A stretch of 64,000 nt of DNA, taken from positions 124,001 to 188,000 of IMG/VR virus record IMGVR_UViG_3300028364_000014; one strand, given 5' to 3'. Below the pieces are notes generated by a model. The model saw only the letters and a program-made list of their open reading frames with translations. It was not told the origin of the DNA and searched no databases. Below are positions 37,835-49,159 of this stretch, piece by piece. Position numbers and translations under genes: made by a program. How positions within the stretch are numbered: the first letter of the stretch is position 1; each line of letters opens with the position of its first letter.

Positions 37835-38287
37835 ATGTATTTAGAAATAAAGGGACATGATAATGATTTCGGATGGCCGTTAGTAGAAGCTCTTGAAGAA
37901 TTGTGGAAATTTATAAGAGAAAATAATTCTGAGTGTTTTTTTGACACAGAGATAAATAATATTGAAGAAAAATTTATAAGTCCTAATGACTTATTTCAAT
38001 GCTTAAATAATAAAGGACACCTAGTACCATTAATACATAGAACATGGGTATTACGTACTTATTTACGAGATGTAGAAACTATGACCAGAAATCTTGATAA
38101 AGAAGGGGTTAGTAAATATATGAGAAAAGATTGGTTAACTAAGATGAAACCAATTGAGGATGAATACACTAAATATCTTAATGATTTTAGTATTGAATTT
38201 CATCAAACTAATAATTTTACTAGCAAAGATGAAAACGGAGAACATGCATGGTTAAATCTAACTAATGGTGAAGCAGGGTGTTTTTAA
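37835..38287 (+). CDS. Hypothetical protein
   Basis: AAGGAG RBS. Confidence 0.65.
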   Translation: MYLEIKGHDNDFGWPLVEALEELWKFIRENNSECFFDTEINNIEEKFISPNDLFQCLNNKGHLVPLIHRTWVLRTYLRDVETMTRNLDKEGVSKYMRKDWLTKMKPIEDEYTKYLNDFSIEFHQTNNFTSKDENGEHAWLNLTNGEAGCF

Positions 38288-38910
38288 TGGAAACAACTAT
38301 ACATAAGATAACAATGGTAAGACACTATATAAAAGAATGTAGTGTACAAATAACAGGCAATTATACATCTGATCAAGCTATGAAGAAAGGATTGGATTTA
38401 ATTGATAATCAACAATACAATGAAGGTCCCTTGGAGTACCTTGGAGATCTAGATGAATTTAGTATTAAAAAATTTAGTCCTAATTAGAACTAATTTTAAA
38501 AGTACTTTCAGATTTTCCCCATCTGAAAGTACTTATCACCTAAGAACAGGAGTACTAATTGTGGAAAAGAAGAAAAAAAGAAAACTAAATACAGATAAAC
38601 TAAACTTAACTGCTATACTAATAAATTGTAATACTAAAGATATTAATACTAATAAGAAATATAGATACTATAGGATAGAGAATACTTATATGTCTAGATA
38701 GATAGTTGTTTGTTTTGTTAAAAAATTTTTTTCACGCACACGCCGCCTAAGAACAGGGCTTCTATTTATACCTACGGTTTTTAAAACTAAAAACCCTTCC
38801 TAAGTAAATTAAAAAAACAATAATAAAAAAAGATTAAATACACATATAAGTATTAAATCAGGTTAAATTTACCTCATTTATCTATACACCCCCTCCCTAG
38901 GTATTTTATA

Positions 38911-39354
38911 CTATTGTTTTGGTGCTATTATTATTTTTCTAGCACGAGCTACGCTTGCACATTTAGAGGCAGCTAGTCTTACCACTTGATAAGAACATTC
39001 TGCCCTTAATTTCCACATTTTATCCTCTATACATACCTGTTTCATTAAAGAATCTACATAGCTTCTAAACGAATTAGGAATAAGTCCCAAACGCATTAAT
39101 TGATAAAGAGCATCGTGAATTAAACTAGCTCTCATCCAGTTAGGAGTATCTATTGAAGGACCTGATGGACCATCCCATGCGTACCCTTTTATACAAGTTA
39201 ATACCCCAATAGACGATAGTTTTAAAAATGAGTTATCTATAGTATACCCAATTATATCTGTTTTTATACTATAAGTCTCATATAATTGATATTTATAACC
39301 CTTTTTGTACTTAATTTGTTGCATAACTGTCCTCCATATTTTTAATGAAAACAC
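38911..39354 (-). CDS. DUF1353-family protein
   Basis: GYAWDGPS and ASLIHDALY. First gene of the - strand block. Confidence 0.75.
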   Translation of the reverse strand: MFSLKIWRTVMQQIKYKKGYKYQLYETYSIKTDIIGYTIDNSFLKLSSIGVLTCIKGYAWDGPSGPSIDTPNWMRASLIHDALYQLMRLGLIPNSFRSYVDSLMKQVCIEDKMWKLRAECSYQVVRLAASKCASVARARKIIIAPKQ

Positions 39355-39453
39355 CTAGTACAATTACTAGTAAGTTACTTAAAACAAAAAGAACCAGAAC
39401 ATAAATTAATACGTCCTGGTCCTTAGTATTAAATAAATTTAATACAAATAATT

Positions 39454-39825
39454 TTATTTATTGCTTTCAATATCTACAACTTCTATCACCTCATCCGGTT
39501 TACCAATAACGGCTAATTCAAATCCTGCTTTATCGAGGTCAAGCCCAAGAGTTACACAAATCTTTTCAGCTAGTCTAACCAATTCAGTAACAGATACTTT
39601 GTTATCATCTGCTATAAGAGCCAACTCATCAATAATTTCAGACACTAAATCAATAGAAGCTTGTACTTTAGCACTAACAGGTAGTTTAATTTCCTGTGAT
39701 AGTGTTTTATACATAGTCAACACCTCTTTAGCAGTCAACATATTATCATCCGCATAAGCCTTATTAATAGCTTCCCTTACTTTAAGTCCCCAGCTAATTA
39801 ATTGAAACATTCCTACTTTTTCCAT
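39454..39825 (-). CDS. Hypothetical protein with duplicated ADDN...E motif
   Basis: AGGAGG RBS; AYADDNMLTAKE and IADDNKVSVTE. Confidence 0.65.
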   Translation of the reverse strand: MEKVGMFQLISWGLKVREAINKAYADDNMLTAKEVLTMYKTLSQEIKLPVSAKVQASIDLVSEIIDELALIADDNKVSVTELVRLAEKICVTLGLDLDKAGFELAVIGKPDEVIEVVDIESNK

Positions 39826-39910
39826 AACGTCACCTCCTATTTAATTCCCGCCCACTCTAAATAAAATGAATTTAAATTAACTATCTTAGTCTTCAGTATA
39901 AAGATAGTGA

Positions 39911-41803
39911 TTATACATTACTAGTTTCTTCAAAGTCTGCATCAACTACGTCATCTTCCTGAGTTGTGTCCTCTTGGTCTGGCGTTGATCCTTCCTGCGA
40001 GGCTTGTTGATACATAGCTTCGGCAAGTTTGTGGGATGCTTGGGACAAAGCTTCACTCTTCTCCTTAATTGCAGCCACATCTGTACCGTCCTTGACCTTT
40101 TTCAAGTCTTCACAAGCTTCTTCAATTAAAATCTTAGTAGCATCTTCAAGTTTATCAGTATTTTCTTTCATATTCTTTTCTGTTTGATGAATAAGAGACT
40201 CCGCAGAATTCTTTGCTTCTACAAGTTCACATTTCTTTTTATCTTCGTCCGCGTGGAGTTCAGCGTCATTAATCATATTTTTAATTTCTTCGTCAGTAAG
40301 TCCGCTTGCAGCGGTGATACTAATAGATTGCTCTTTATCAGTAGCAATATCTTTAGCCGCAACATTTACTATTCCATTTACATCTATATTAAAAGTTACT
40401 TCTATTTGGGGAACCCCTCTTGGTGCCGCAGGGATATCAGATAGTTCAAATTGGCCAAGGGTTTTATTACCTGACGCCACATCACGCTCTCCTTGGAGTA
40501 CATGTATTGTTACTGCAGGTTGATCATCCGCCGCTGTAGAAAATACTTGGCTTTTCTTAATAGGGATAGTGGAGTTTTTTTCAATAAGTTTAGTCATAAT
40601 CCCGCCAAGAGTCTCAATCCCAAGACTTAAAGGTGTAACATCCAAAAGAAGCACATCATTTACATCTCCTTGAAGAACCCCTGCTTGAATTGCTGCCCCC
40701 ATAGCCACCACTTCATCGGGGTTAACACCCTTATGAGGTTTTTTTCCAAATATTTTTTCTACTCGTGCTTGAACTGCGGGCATACGAGTCATCCCACCCA
40801 CAAGTACCACCTCATTGATATTACCTATAGGAATTTTTGCATCTTTAAGTGCAGTATTACATGGTCCTTCTAAATTATCAAGAAGATCCGCCACAAGGGA
40901 TTCTAGTTTTGCTCTAGTAAGTTTTACATCAAGGTGCTTAGGTCCATTTGCATCGGCAGTGATGAATGGTAGATTGATATCTGTCTCAACAACTGAAGAT
41001 AGTTCCATTTTAGCCTTTTCTGCGGCTTCTTTTAGGCGCTGAAGAGCCATCTTATCAGTTCTGATATCTATGCCCTGACTTTTTTTAAACTCATCAGCAA
41101 CGTAGTCTATAATTCTGAGGTCAAAATCCTCACCACCGAGATGCGTATCACCATTAGTAGATTTTACTTCAAACACCCCGTCTCCAATTTCCAGTATGGA
41201 CACATCAAACGTGCCTCCACCAAGATCGAACACAGCAATCTTCTCTTCCCCTTTTTTGTCAAGACCATAGGCTAAAGAAGCGGCAGTGGGTTCATTAATA
41301 ATACGTTTTACATCCAGCCCTGCAATCCTTCCTGCATCTTTTGTAGCTTGTCGTTGGCTATCATTAAAATAAGCTGGTACAGTAATAACAGCTTCTTTAA
41401 CTTCTTCACCGAGATAATCTTCCGCCATTTTTTTAATATCCGCTAATATAAATGACGAGATTTCAGCTGGACTGTGTTGTTTTCCTCTGAGATTGATCCT
41501 AGTATCGCCGTTAGATGCCTCTTCAATTAAAAATGGGAGCACTTTTTTATCTTTTTGAATCTGAGGAGAGTTAAACTTCCTACCAACTAAACGTTTTACA
41601 CCGAATACAGTATTTTCAGGATTTGTAATGGCTTGACGCCTTGCTGTTTGTCCTACTAATCTATCACCACTCTCAGTTAGAGCTACTACGGATGAAGTTG
41701 TTCTATTCCCCTCTGAATTTGTAATTACTTTAGGTTCTCCTGCTTCCATAACAGCTACACACGAGTTCGTTGTTCCAAGATCAATTCCAATTATTTTAGT
41801 CAT
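39911..41803 (-). CDS. dnaK: Chaperone DnaK (Hsp70)
   Basis: [42 protein letters not shown] and QGER..; full length. Confidence 0.98.
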   Translation of the reverse strand: MTKIIGIDLGTTNSCVAVMEAGEPKVITNSEGNRTTSSVVALTESGDRLVGQTARRQAITNPENTVFGVKRLVGRKFNSPQIQKDKKVLPFLIEEASNGDTRINLRGKQHSPAEISSFILADIKKMAEDYLGEEVKEAVITVPAYFNDSQRQATKDAGRIAGLDVKRIINEPTAASLAYGLDKKGEEKIAVFDLGGGTFDVSILEIGDGVFEVKSTNGDTHLGGEDFDLRIIDYVADEFKKSQGIDIRTDKMALQRLKEAAEKAKMELSSVVETDINLPFITADANGPKHLDVKLTRAKLESLVADLLDNLEGPCNTALKDAKIPIGNINEVVLVGGMTRMPAVQARVEKIFGKKPHKGVNPDEVVAMGAAIQAGVLQGDVNDVLLLDVTPLSLGIETLGGIMTKLIEKNSTIPIKKSQVFSTAADDQPAVTIHVLQGERDVASGNKTLGQFELSDIPAAPRGVPQIEVTFNIDVNGIVNVAAKDIATDKEQSISITAASGLTDEEIKNMINDAELHADEDKKKCELVEAKNSAESLIHQTEKNMKENTDKLEDATKILIEEACEDLKKVKDGTDVAAIKEKSEALSQASHKLAEAMYQQASQEGSTPDQEDTTQEDDVVDADFEETSNV

Positions 41804-41839
41804 TTTTCCTCCAATCTATAAAAATTATTTAGTTTTACA

Positions 41840-42607
41840 TTACCCACTTATTGTAATGGGCAACTTTACTTCGTCTTCTACTTCTTTTACAATAGTGTCA
41901 TAATCTACACGCTTTTGATAAGTACCTTCTAATTCTTTTGCAAGTGCTAATTTAATCTTTTTCAAATCTCCTAATTTCATAAAAACCTCATCCAACTGTG
42001 AATCAGCAATTAAACCATTAACAGTAGTTTCTATTACTTCATCAGGATCAAATTTTCCAGCTTGTACTTTAGACCTACTCATAGCCTCTACTACATCACA
42101 CATCATTAAAACTGCGGCCTCTATAGTAGCAGGCTTAGGTGTTTTGTAGCGATAAAAGTCATCCACATTTGACTCAGACTTATTAAAAAAATATTTAAGC
42201 ACAGTCTGTCCATGGTGCGTTGATATAATGTCAATAATATCTCTGGAAAAATTTGGATCATTTAATAGTATGATCACAGAATCACTTACATGTCTAGTAA
42301 TGATTTGATAACTAATACGGGGGTCTAAATCTTTATGTGGGTCTTCGTTATCTTTTTGATTCTCTGTAAACATAGCAGGATTATAAATCTTTCCAACATC
42401 GTGGTAAGTAGCGGCTATTTTCATTGTTTTAACATTTAATCCTAGTGATAAACTAACCCCTTCTACCATAGATGCAAGGGCTTGACAATGTTTATAAGTT
42501 CCTGCCGCGAGATCTCTAAACTTAGCCAATAATGGATAAGTTGGGTCTAATAAGTCCACAGTATCTATACTAGATTCAGTTGAACTATTACCATTTTCTG
42601 TACTCAT
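41840..42607 (-). CDS. Soluble HD-domain phosphohydrolase similar to the 7TM-HD/PgpH C-terminal domain
   Basis: AAGTYKH, YHDVGK, FTENQ, HHG, YRY..PKP...EAA and CDVVEA. Confidence 0.8.
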   Translation of the reverse strand: MSTENGNSSTESSIDTVDLLDPTYPLLAKFRDLAAGTYKHCQALASMVEGVSLSLGLNVKTMKIAATYHDVGKIYNPAMFTENQKDNEDPHKDLDPRISYQIITRHVSDSVIILLNDPNFSRDIIDIISTHHGQTVLKYFFNKSESNVDDFYRYKTPKPATIEAAVLMMCDVVEAMSRSKVQAGKFDPDEVIETTVNGLIADSQLDEVFMKLGDLKKIKLALAKELEGTYQKRVDYDTIVKEVEDEVKLPITISG

Positions 42608-42849
42608 ATAATCTCCTAATATTCTACATTTTTTAACTACTTTTAATGATAAAAATAAATTACTCCTGATTATTTTCTATCATATATTTCCCACAGTCAC
42701 AAACAATTAGTTCTCCAAACTCAATATTAGCTAAAGATTTTTTTTTACCACAAACCGAACAAATAAATTCCTTGTAGTGCTTACTATCTTTTTTGTTACT
42801 TACTTCTTTTTTTACTCTCCCATTAACTTTAAACATTACTAATCTCCTT

Positions 42850-43335
42850 TTATGGCATATAGTCAAAGAACGATGGGTCTTTAGATAACAGTTGCCTAAT
42901 AGGCATGTTCTTTGCTATTATATTATCCTGAATAAGAAACTTATATTTAGGTAAATCATTCCACCTATCTATACGTTCTTTTATAATTCTATTTCCAAGC
43001 CCATCAGTCTCCAAAATATTAGAAAACTGAGCAGAATACTGAAACCTTAACCACTTCATATACCCTGATTTCATTAAAGCCCAAATAATCTCATAACGCT
43101 TCACATTTAAATCCTCTGAGTTGGTAACAAATACCTTTCTCCAACCTTTAAATGTACTATCTAAACGTTCATCGACTGTGGTATAATTCTCTGGCGAAAA
43201 TACACTAACTATTACACCAAAATCTTGTATAATAAATTGAGTAGTTACATTTTTAATAATGTTGGTTATTTTATAGGGCACCCTTAGTGCCCCCAAAAGC
43301 ACCCCAGTATCATACGAAAGTCTATCTATGGACAT
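42850..43335 (-). CDS. Hypothetical protein
   Basis: ORF track. Confidence 0.6.
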   Translation of the reverse strand: MSIDRLSYDTGVLLGALRVPYKITNIIKNVTTQFIIQDFGVIVSVFSPENYTTVDERLDSTFKGWRKVFVTNSEDLNVKRYEIIWALMKSGYMKWLRFQYSAQFSNILETDGLGNRIIKERIDRWNDLPKYKFLIQDNIIAKNMPIRQLLSKDPSFFDYMP

Positions 43336-43338
43336 AAT

Positions 43339-46300
43339 TTATTTACCTTCATGTAATAATAAGCATTTTTCTTTATGTGTTTTAGGTTCTACAACAGTAA
43401 GTTTTATTTTACCTTTCACCGCACTCACATTAACAGTAGATTCAGGAGAATAGTCATTACTTAACAACTCAGTGGCTATATCAGTTGAAATGAATTTTTC
43501 AATAGCCCTTGTAATAGGTCTAGCTCCAAATTTCTCATCCACTCCTTCTTTGTAAATAAAATTACGTACTTTATTATCAAAAATTAATTCTATGTCTTTA
43601 TAGTCAGTAGCACTAGTGTGAAGATTGTCAGATAGTTTAGTTAATTCTAAATCTATGATTTGCATATAGTCTTTCTTATTTAAATCTTTAAAGTGGACTA
43701 TTGAATCAATTCTGTTTAGAAATTCTGGTTTAAATTTACCCTTTAAAGCTGTGTCTAATGCAGAGTTCTTCTTAACCTCAGTAAGTAATGCTACATCACC
43801 AAACCCGATAGTTTTAGTAACTTCTTCTACTTCTTTTACGCCAATATTAGAAGTCATCAAAATAATAGTATCTTTAAATGATACAGAAACTCCTTTACCA
43901 TCAGTTAATCTACCCTCATCTAGGACTTGTAACAATAGGTCGTATACTTTAGTGCTTGCCTTTTCAATTTCATCAAACACTACTACAGAGAAAGGATTTT
44001 CAGCTATGGCATTAGTAAGAACACCTCCACTATCATGCCCTATGTATCCTGCCGGAGAGTTATGTACTGAGAACTCAATTACATATGAAGTGTCTTTTTC
44101 TACCGCAAGGTCGTAAACTTTTCCTGTATATTTTATTTTTTTTATGTCTTTAAGTTGAAAATATACATAATTATCATCTATCCAAGTCTTTCTTTGTATA
44201 TTAGTATTTTTAGTATCTTCAAAGTCTATATTAAAATTAAACTCACTATTAAGTTTTTCTACTTGATTACCACTAATATATAATCTATATCTTTTTCTGT
44301 GCTTAGGATTTTTAGGAGTTTCAACATTTTTATATGTTATATATCCAAGTCTTCTAAATAGAAGTTCCATTTGAGAAAATAAAGTCGAAGAAACTGTACT
44401 ATAATCCATTCTTCTTTTTATAACTGTACACCCATCACCAAATACTGCAGTCTCAAGAAATCCTTTTACTAAATTATCAGGTAAATCCTTAAACCAACTT
44501 GGAACTTTTTTTAAATAGGTATTACGCCCAAATAAATCACTCATCATTTTACATACTATTTTAGATGACATCCAAACTCTATGAGAATTATTATTAGATC
44601 TATCTTCGAGGCTAACTTTAACATCGTTACCAAAAACACATCGTATAAGTTTGACCACTTCTGTTATATAAGAGTGTTCTTTACTATTAAAAGTAAAGTT
44701 AATAGTTTTACTAGGTCCTGAACTTCCTCCTTCGCTTACATAGTATCCAGCTAATCTAGTAAAATTCTCATTCACTTCAATATATCTTGGTACTTTGACT
44801 TGCTTCTGGGCCCAAATATACTCATCGTCGTATTTATAGTAACTATCACTTTCAATATAATTAACAAGGTCTATTCTATTAGGGTATATCCCAGTAGATT
44901 TATATCTAGGGTATGCCACAATATCATTTTTTTCTAAGCTTGAAGCCGCTACCCAGTTTAATTTATAACCAGCATAAGGAGGATTAACACAGTATTCCTG
45001 TTTACAAGTAGGTTTACATACTCTATAAGAACGTTTTTCTCCTTTATCGCAATTATCGTGTTTGATTGCTAAAACCTCGTGGGTCTTAGTGGTTACTACA
45101 GGTACATTAGTATTGCTCATCACGAGCTCTACCATTTCACCGTCTTGGTCATATTCGTGTACAAATTCAACAGCCCGTTCGTTACCTGTATGTGAAATTA
45201 CTTTTTCCCCTATCTTAATAGCTTCTATGTTTTTTAAGCTACCATCTCCCATAAGAACCTTACTACCTGGCACAAAACAACCAATTAATTTTGCATATTC
45301 ATGATCCGAAGAGTACTCTGAGCAATCAATAATGATTCTATTTTTTTTAGACTTAATCAAAGAATCAGCCAGTACTTTACTAGCTAGTGTTTTACCAATA
45401 CCTGTTCTACCCGCAAATAAGAATGAACCAATAGGCTTCTTAGGGTCTTTGAGCCCTACACTTGCTCTTTTCACTGATTCAGATATCTTGTCAACAGCTG
45501 TGTCTTGTCCAATTAAAGACATTTTCATTTCAGAATTTAATTTAAGAAGCTCTGCTTTTTTAACTGCTTTAAAACTTAGTCCTTGCTTCTTCTTTTTACT
45601 ACTGTCATGTCCTTTAGTGTATGATTTTAATCCATTTTTTCTAGCAGGCTTCTCGTCTTGCTCATCAATTTCTTCATCTTTTTGATAAGAAAGTACTACA
45701 TCAAAATCAATGCCCTCATTAACTCCCTTACAAAGACTAAATAACTCTTTAATTATAGGAGCAGGACTTAATTTAACTCCCATACCATCAATAAGCTCAT
45801 AAAGTTCTTCCACATCTATAACACATTCTTGGACAATGAAAGTTTTAAAACTCATATTATTGTGAAAATATCTTTGTCTAATTAAATGCTCTACATCGTC
45901 AATCTCAAAATCTTTAACAAAAATGTACTCACCTATCCTATCCCACCAAACCTTGGTTTTGGTCCATTTTAATTCAGATAGTGATTTCACATCCTCTGAA
46001 GACGCTTCTTTCTTTTTTGGGTTTTCCATATAATTCTTAGTGGCTTCTTTGTCTGAACCATCAATAGGGGAATAGTTTCCCTCTGAATCATAGTAAGTTT
46101 TACTCCAGTGGGAGTTCTCATTTAATAAAGTACCTTCATCATTATCACTTATTTTAATTTTTAATACATTATTTTTATTAATGATAATATTACTAGCATC
46201 TAAACTAGGGTTATGATTTATAATAGCCTTAGTTAATTCTTCTCTTACTTTTAATAAATTAACTTCTTTTACTACAGCAGGAGAATTAAGATAAGCCATA

Positions 46301-46491
46301 AATTGGTTAAGATTAGCCACAAAATGGGCAATTAATACATCTTCATAATAACTTCTTGATATTTTACCCTTCTCACTAACAAACTGTGTAAGAAAGTCTT
46401 CTAAATCACTTTCAGGAAACCCTATAAGTAACAACTCATAGTCAATAGAGTCTATCATCTGGGGGTGTATTTTATAATCGGTATTAGACAT
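43339..46491 (-). CDS. ClpA/ClpB D2-like AAA+ ATPase with novel N-terminus and an intein
   Basis: LIGQD.AV, FLFAGRTGIGKT, IDCSEY, [intein] SPAGYIG, VVFDEIEKA, LQVLDEGRLTD, FKPEFLNRID and GARP. Confidence 0.9.
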   Translation of the reverse strand: MSNTDYKIHPQMIDSIDYELLLIGFPESDLEDFLTQFVSEKGKISRSYYEDVLIAHFVANLNQFMAYLNSPAVVKEVNLLKVREELTKAIINHNPSLDASNIIINKNNVLKIKISDNDEGTLLNENSHWSKTYYDSEGNYSPIDGSDKEATKNYMENPKKKEASSEDVKSLSELKWTKTKVWWDRIGEYIFVKDFEIDDVEHLIRQRYFHNNMSFKTFIVQECVIDVEELYELIDGMGVKLSPAPIIKELFSLCKGVNEGIDFDVVLSYQKDEEIDEQDEKPARKNGLKSYTKGHDSSKKKKQGLSFKAVKKAELLKLNSEMKMSLIGQDTAVDKISESVKRASVGLKDPKKPIGSFLFAGRTGIGKTLASKVLADSLIKSKKNRIIIDCSEYSSDHEYAKLIGCFVPGSKVLMGDGSLKNIEAIKIGEKVISHTGNERAVEFVHEYDQDGEMVELVMSNTNVPVVTTKTHEVLAIKHDNCDKGEKRSYRVCKPTCKQEYCVNPPYAGYKLNWVAASSLEKNDIVAYPRYKSTGIYPNRIDLVNYIESDSYYKYDDEYIWAQKQVKVPRYIEVNENFTRLAGYYVSEGGSSGPSKTINFTFNSKEHSYITEVVKLIRCVFGNDVKVSLEDRSNNNSHRVWMSSKIVCKMMSDLFGRNTYLKKVPSWFKDLPDNLVKGFLETAVFGDGCTVIKRRMDYSTVSSTLFSQMELLFRRLGYITYKNVETPKNPKHRKRYRLYISGNQVEKLNSEFNFNIDFEDTKNTNIQRKTWIDDNYVYFQLKDIKKIKYTGKVYDLAVEKDTSYVIEFSVHNSPAGYIGHDSGGVLTNAIAENPFSVVVFDEIEKASTKVYDLLLQVLDEGRLTDGKGVSVSFKDTIILMTSNIGVKEVEEVTKTIGFGDVALLTEVKKNSALDTALKGKFKPEFLNRIDSIVHFKDLNKKDYMQIIDLELTKLSDNLHTSATDYKDIELIFDNKVRNFIYKEGVDEKFGARPITRAIEKFISTDIATELLSNDYSPESTVNVSAVKGKIKLTVVEPKTHKEKCLLLHEGK
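44059..45279 (-). mobile_element. Intein (407 aa) with LAGLIDADG homing endonuclease
   Basis: Begins CFVPGSKV, ends SVHN before a +1 Ser; T.THEV block B; LAGYYVSEG and FLETAVFGDG motifs. Confidence 0.92.
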
Positions 46492-46502
46492 GTATTCTCC
46501 TA

Positions 46503-47522
46503 TTATTGTGCTTTAGGTTGATTCTTAGCAGTTTTAATTACCAGCACTGCTTCATCATAGCTTAAATCATTAACATTAGTTACTGCCCTACTAACCTCGT
46601 TGTCAGACTTTTCAACTAGAGACTTAATAAGTAACTCAGGTGTTTCGAAATTACCTAGTCTGGCTAAATTTTTGATAGCCATTTCTTGTACATTATTAAT
46701 AGACCCAGGCACATCTGCGTTTGGCTCATCTATCGGTGCAGTAGCCCCAAAAGGCTGATTATTAGAAGACATACTAGGTGGTGCCTGTGGAAAACCAGCG
46801 TCATTAATAGACTGGGTTACTGAATTATTTGTTGACGGCATCTCAGGAGGCATTCCAGGAGACGGCGGCAAATTTACTACAGGGGCTGGGCCTGCAGAAG
46901 GTGGTGATGGCGGTGATGGTGGTCCTTGCCGTGTATTAGGTGGAGCTGGAGCTGTCTCATAACCAGTAAACCCTGAAGGCATACTAGGAGGAATTCCCTG
47001 GCTTGGTTTAGCTGGGGAAGCTTGATTTGTTATCGGTCCTTTTGGTGTTGGTACATCTGGTGGCATTGACTGTGCCGGTGTCTGTGAAAGCGGTGCCGAT
47101 GGGGGCGCTGATTGAGAGGGAGGGGTCATTTGTTGTCGGTATCCTCCGTCTGAAGATTGGTTATCATCAACAAGATGCAATCCAATACCCCATTTTTTAC
47201 AAGCGTCCTTCAATGCCTTTGAGTATGCCCCTTTATGTGCTGAGCCAGCCTCATCAGAAGAGCGTAATACTGAACCACCAAACCCTTCTTGACAAAACAG
47301 CTCTTTAGATACAGGGTCTTTAGCACAAACACTGACTCTTATAATAATTTGATCATTAATGGTTTCTTGTTCCATAACACTACTTGACCAATTCATACCA
47401 AATACCTCGTTCATTCTATCTGCTACATCTTTCCAAGAAACATAATCATATGTTCCTCCACGACCTTTTCTAGATTTAATATCATCAAAAGACTCATATA
47501 ATGCTTCTTTAATATCTACCAT
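46503..47522 (-). CDS. Rad52/Sak-like ssDNA annealing protein with Pro-rich linker
   Basis: YVSWKDVADRMNEVFG.NWS and KGAYSKALKDAC..WGIG; long P/S/Q-rich tract. Confidence 0.8.
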   Translation of the reverse strand: MVDIKEALYESFDDIKSRKGRGGTYDYVSWKDVADRMNEVFGMNWSSSVMEQETINDQIIIRVSVCAKDPVSKELFCQEGFGGSVLRSSDEAGSAHKGAYSKALKDACKKWGIGLHLVDDNQSSDGGYRQQMTPPSQSAPPSAPLSQTPAQSMPPDVPTPKGPITNQASPAKPSQGIPPSMPSGFTGYETAPAPPNTRQGPPSPPSPPSAGPAPVVNLPPSPGMPPEMPSTNNSVTQSINDAGFPQAPPSMSSNNQPFGATAPIDEPNADVPGSINNVQEMAIKNLARLGNFETPELLIKSLVEKSDNEVSRAVTNVNDLSYDEAVLVIKTAKNQPKAQ

Positions 47523-47548
47523 TTAAATCTCCTTTATATCATCATTAT

Positions 47549-47578
47549 ATTATAATTATTAATTTTTGTTTGTCAAGT
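47549..47578 (-). promoter_or_regulatory. Sigma70-type promoter (ACTTGACA-N16-TATAAT)
   Basis: The same architecture recurs with -35 boxes at 47669, 49188, 50026, 50519, 59587 and 62894. Confidence 0.7.
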
Positions 47579-47719
47579 AATTATTTTGAAAAATATATTA
47601 TATTACTTAAATTCTCTCCGGTCAGTAATTATCTGGAATAGTATGTAATATAAACATTTATTTTAAATTGTCAAGTGTTTTTCTTTTGTGGGGTGTATTA
47701 ATTACACCCCTTTATTTAA

Positions 47720-48319
47720 TTAATTAATTTCTTTAATTTTTAGCGGCTTATTTTTAATAGCCTTATGGATATTTGATATAACAAATGTCTGTTTTATTGG
47801 CACTACTACATTCCCCAAAGTATCATCGACCCAATCTTTAAAAGATACTAAACTTCGTACATCTATATTTTTAGTTTTTATCGCTCTAGCGTTATCTACA
47901 ATCCATTTTCTGGCTTTTTCAGTGAACCCATTACCTTCCATTACAATGAATACATTCTTTTCTTCCATACAATTACAATCAAATAAAAGTTTTACTAATT
48001 TATCTTGGGCGGAACCTGGTACATGCTGTGCTCTACATTCAATTCTATAAACTCCTATATCATGGAGATACAATAAGAACTCCCCATAGGCATTAGCACC
48101 AAATTCATTAGTATAAGGTACATTTTTTAGAAGATAACCTCTTGGACTGCTTGCTATAACAGCCTGACTTTCTTCAGTATCAAGCTTACTATAATATACA
48201 GACTTAATGCCGTATTTAAGAAAATACTTTTCTACTTGATTCTCCAAGTCCTTGCCTGTTTTATTCGCATTATAACCTTGTTCGTCTACACCTTGAGTGA
48301 TTGCTTGTACATTTGTCAT
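47720..48319 (-). CDS. PD-(D/E)XK nuclease, putative restriction endonuclease next to dam
   Basis: GEF....IECRAQ..GSAQDKL; stop/start adjacent to dam. Confidence 0.6.
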   Translation of the reverse strand: MTNVQAITQGVDEQGYNANKTGKDLENQVEKYFLKYGIKSVYYSKLDTEESQAVIASSPRGYLLKNVPYTNEFGANAYGEFLLYLHDIGVYRIECRAQHVPGSAQDKLVKLLFDCNCMEEKNVFIVMEGNGFTEKARKWIVDNARAIKTKNIDVRSLVSFKDWVDDTLGNVVVPIKQTFVISNIHKAIKNKPLKIKEIN

Positions 48320-49159
48320 TTATTTAATACTCCTATTATATATTGCCAATAATTCAGTGACTTTTTTTCTTGAGTCACCATCAGCAGAAATAAATCTACT
48401 GACTTCTTTAGTTTCAATTCTATCCGCGTTCTTATAAAGCTCTCTGGTTACTTCATTGTCATGATTAGATATTAAAAATCGACACTTTGATTCCTCAGCT
48501 AATTTAACTAATAGTTTTTGTTGCTCCATATTAAAACCAGTAGCACTATAATCCGTAAATGCTGCTGTGTCTGACATAGGTACGTACGGAGGATCAGCAT
48601 AAATCACGTCGTTCTGGTTAGCTAGTGCTATTGTTTTCTCAAAGCTTTGATTATAAATATTAACATTATTCAATTTTTTAATTACTGTTTTAAATGCGTT
48701 CTCTGGAAAATTAACATTAGTGTATCTACCAAAAGGAACATTAAATTTACCAGACTTATTATATCTACATAACCCATTAAATCCATGACGATTTAAATAC
48801 ACAAAAAATGAAGCTCTTTTTACTATATCCTTAGTTTCATTAAATTGTTTTCTTATACTATAATATACTTCTTCTATATTATTTTCCTTCTTAAAAAGTA
48901 ATTTACATTCCTGTATAAAAGTTTCTCCATTTTCTTTTAATAAATTGTATATATTAGTTAAATCTTTATTAACATCACTGATTATATATTCTTTAAAATC
49001 CATATTCATAAATACAACACCAGAACCAACAAAGGGCTCAATAAAGCGCCCCGTTATTGTAGGAGAAAAATCCTCCCGATTATGTATATACCAATCTAAA
49101 AAATTTATACTCTGTGATTTTCCACCTGCCCATTTTAAAAACGATTTCGTTATTTTCAT
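48320..49159 (-). CDS. dam: DNA adenine methylase (D12 class)
   Basis: FLKWAGGK, FIEPFVGSG, YLNRHGFNGL.RYN..G.FNVPFG and YADPPY. Confidence 0.92.
   Translation of the reverse strand: MKITKSFLKWAGGKSQSINFLDWYIHNREDFSPTITGRFIEPFVGSGVVFMNMDFKEYIISDVNKDLTNIYNLLKENGETFIQECKLLFKKENNIEEVYYSIRKQFNETKDIVKRASFFVYLNRHGFNGLCRYNKSGKFNVPFGRYTNVNFPENAFKTVIKKLNNVNIYNQSFEKTIALANQNDVIYADPPYVPMSDTAAFTDYSATGFNMEQQKLLVKLAEESKCRFLISNHDNEVTRELYKNADRIETKEVSRFISADGDSRKKVTELLAIYNRSIK

Noticed and set aside
39911-41803. Window being a bacterial chromosome (dnaK, ruvB, rnhA/B, cca)
   Set aside because: These genes lack their usual operon partners (no grpE/dnaJ, no ruvA/C) and are embedded among phage-type ORFans, scattered tRNAs and long single-strand gene blocks.
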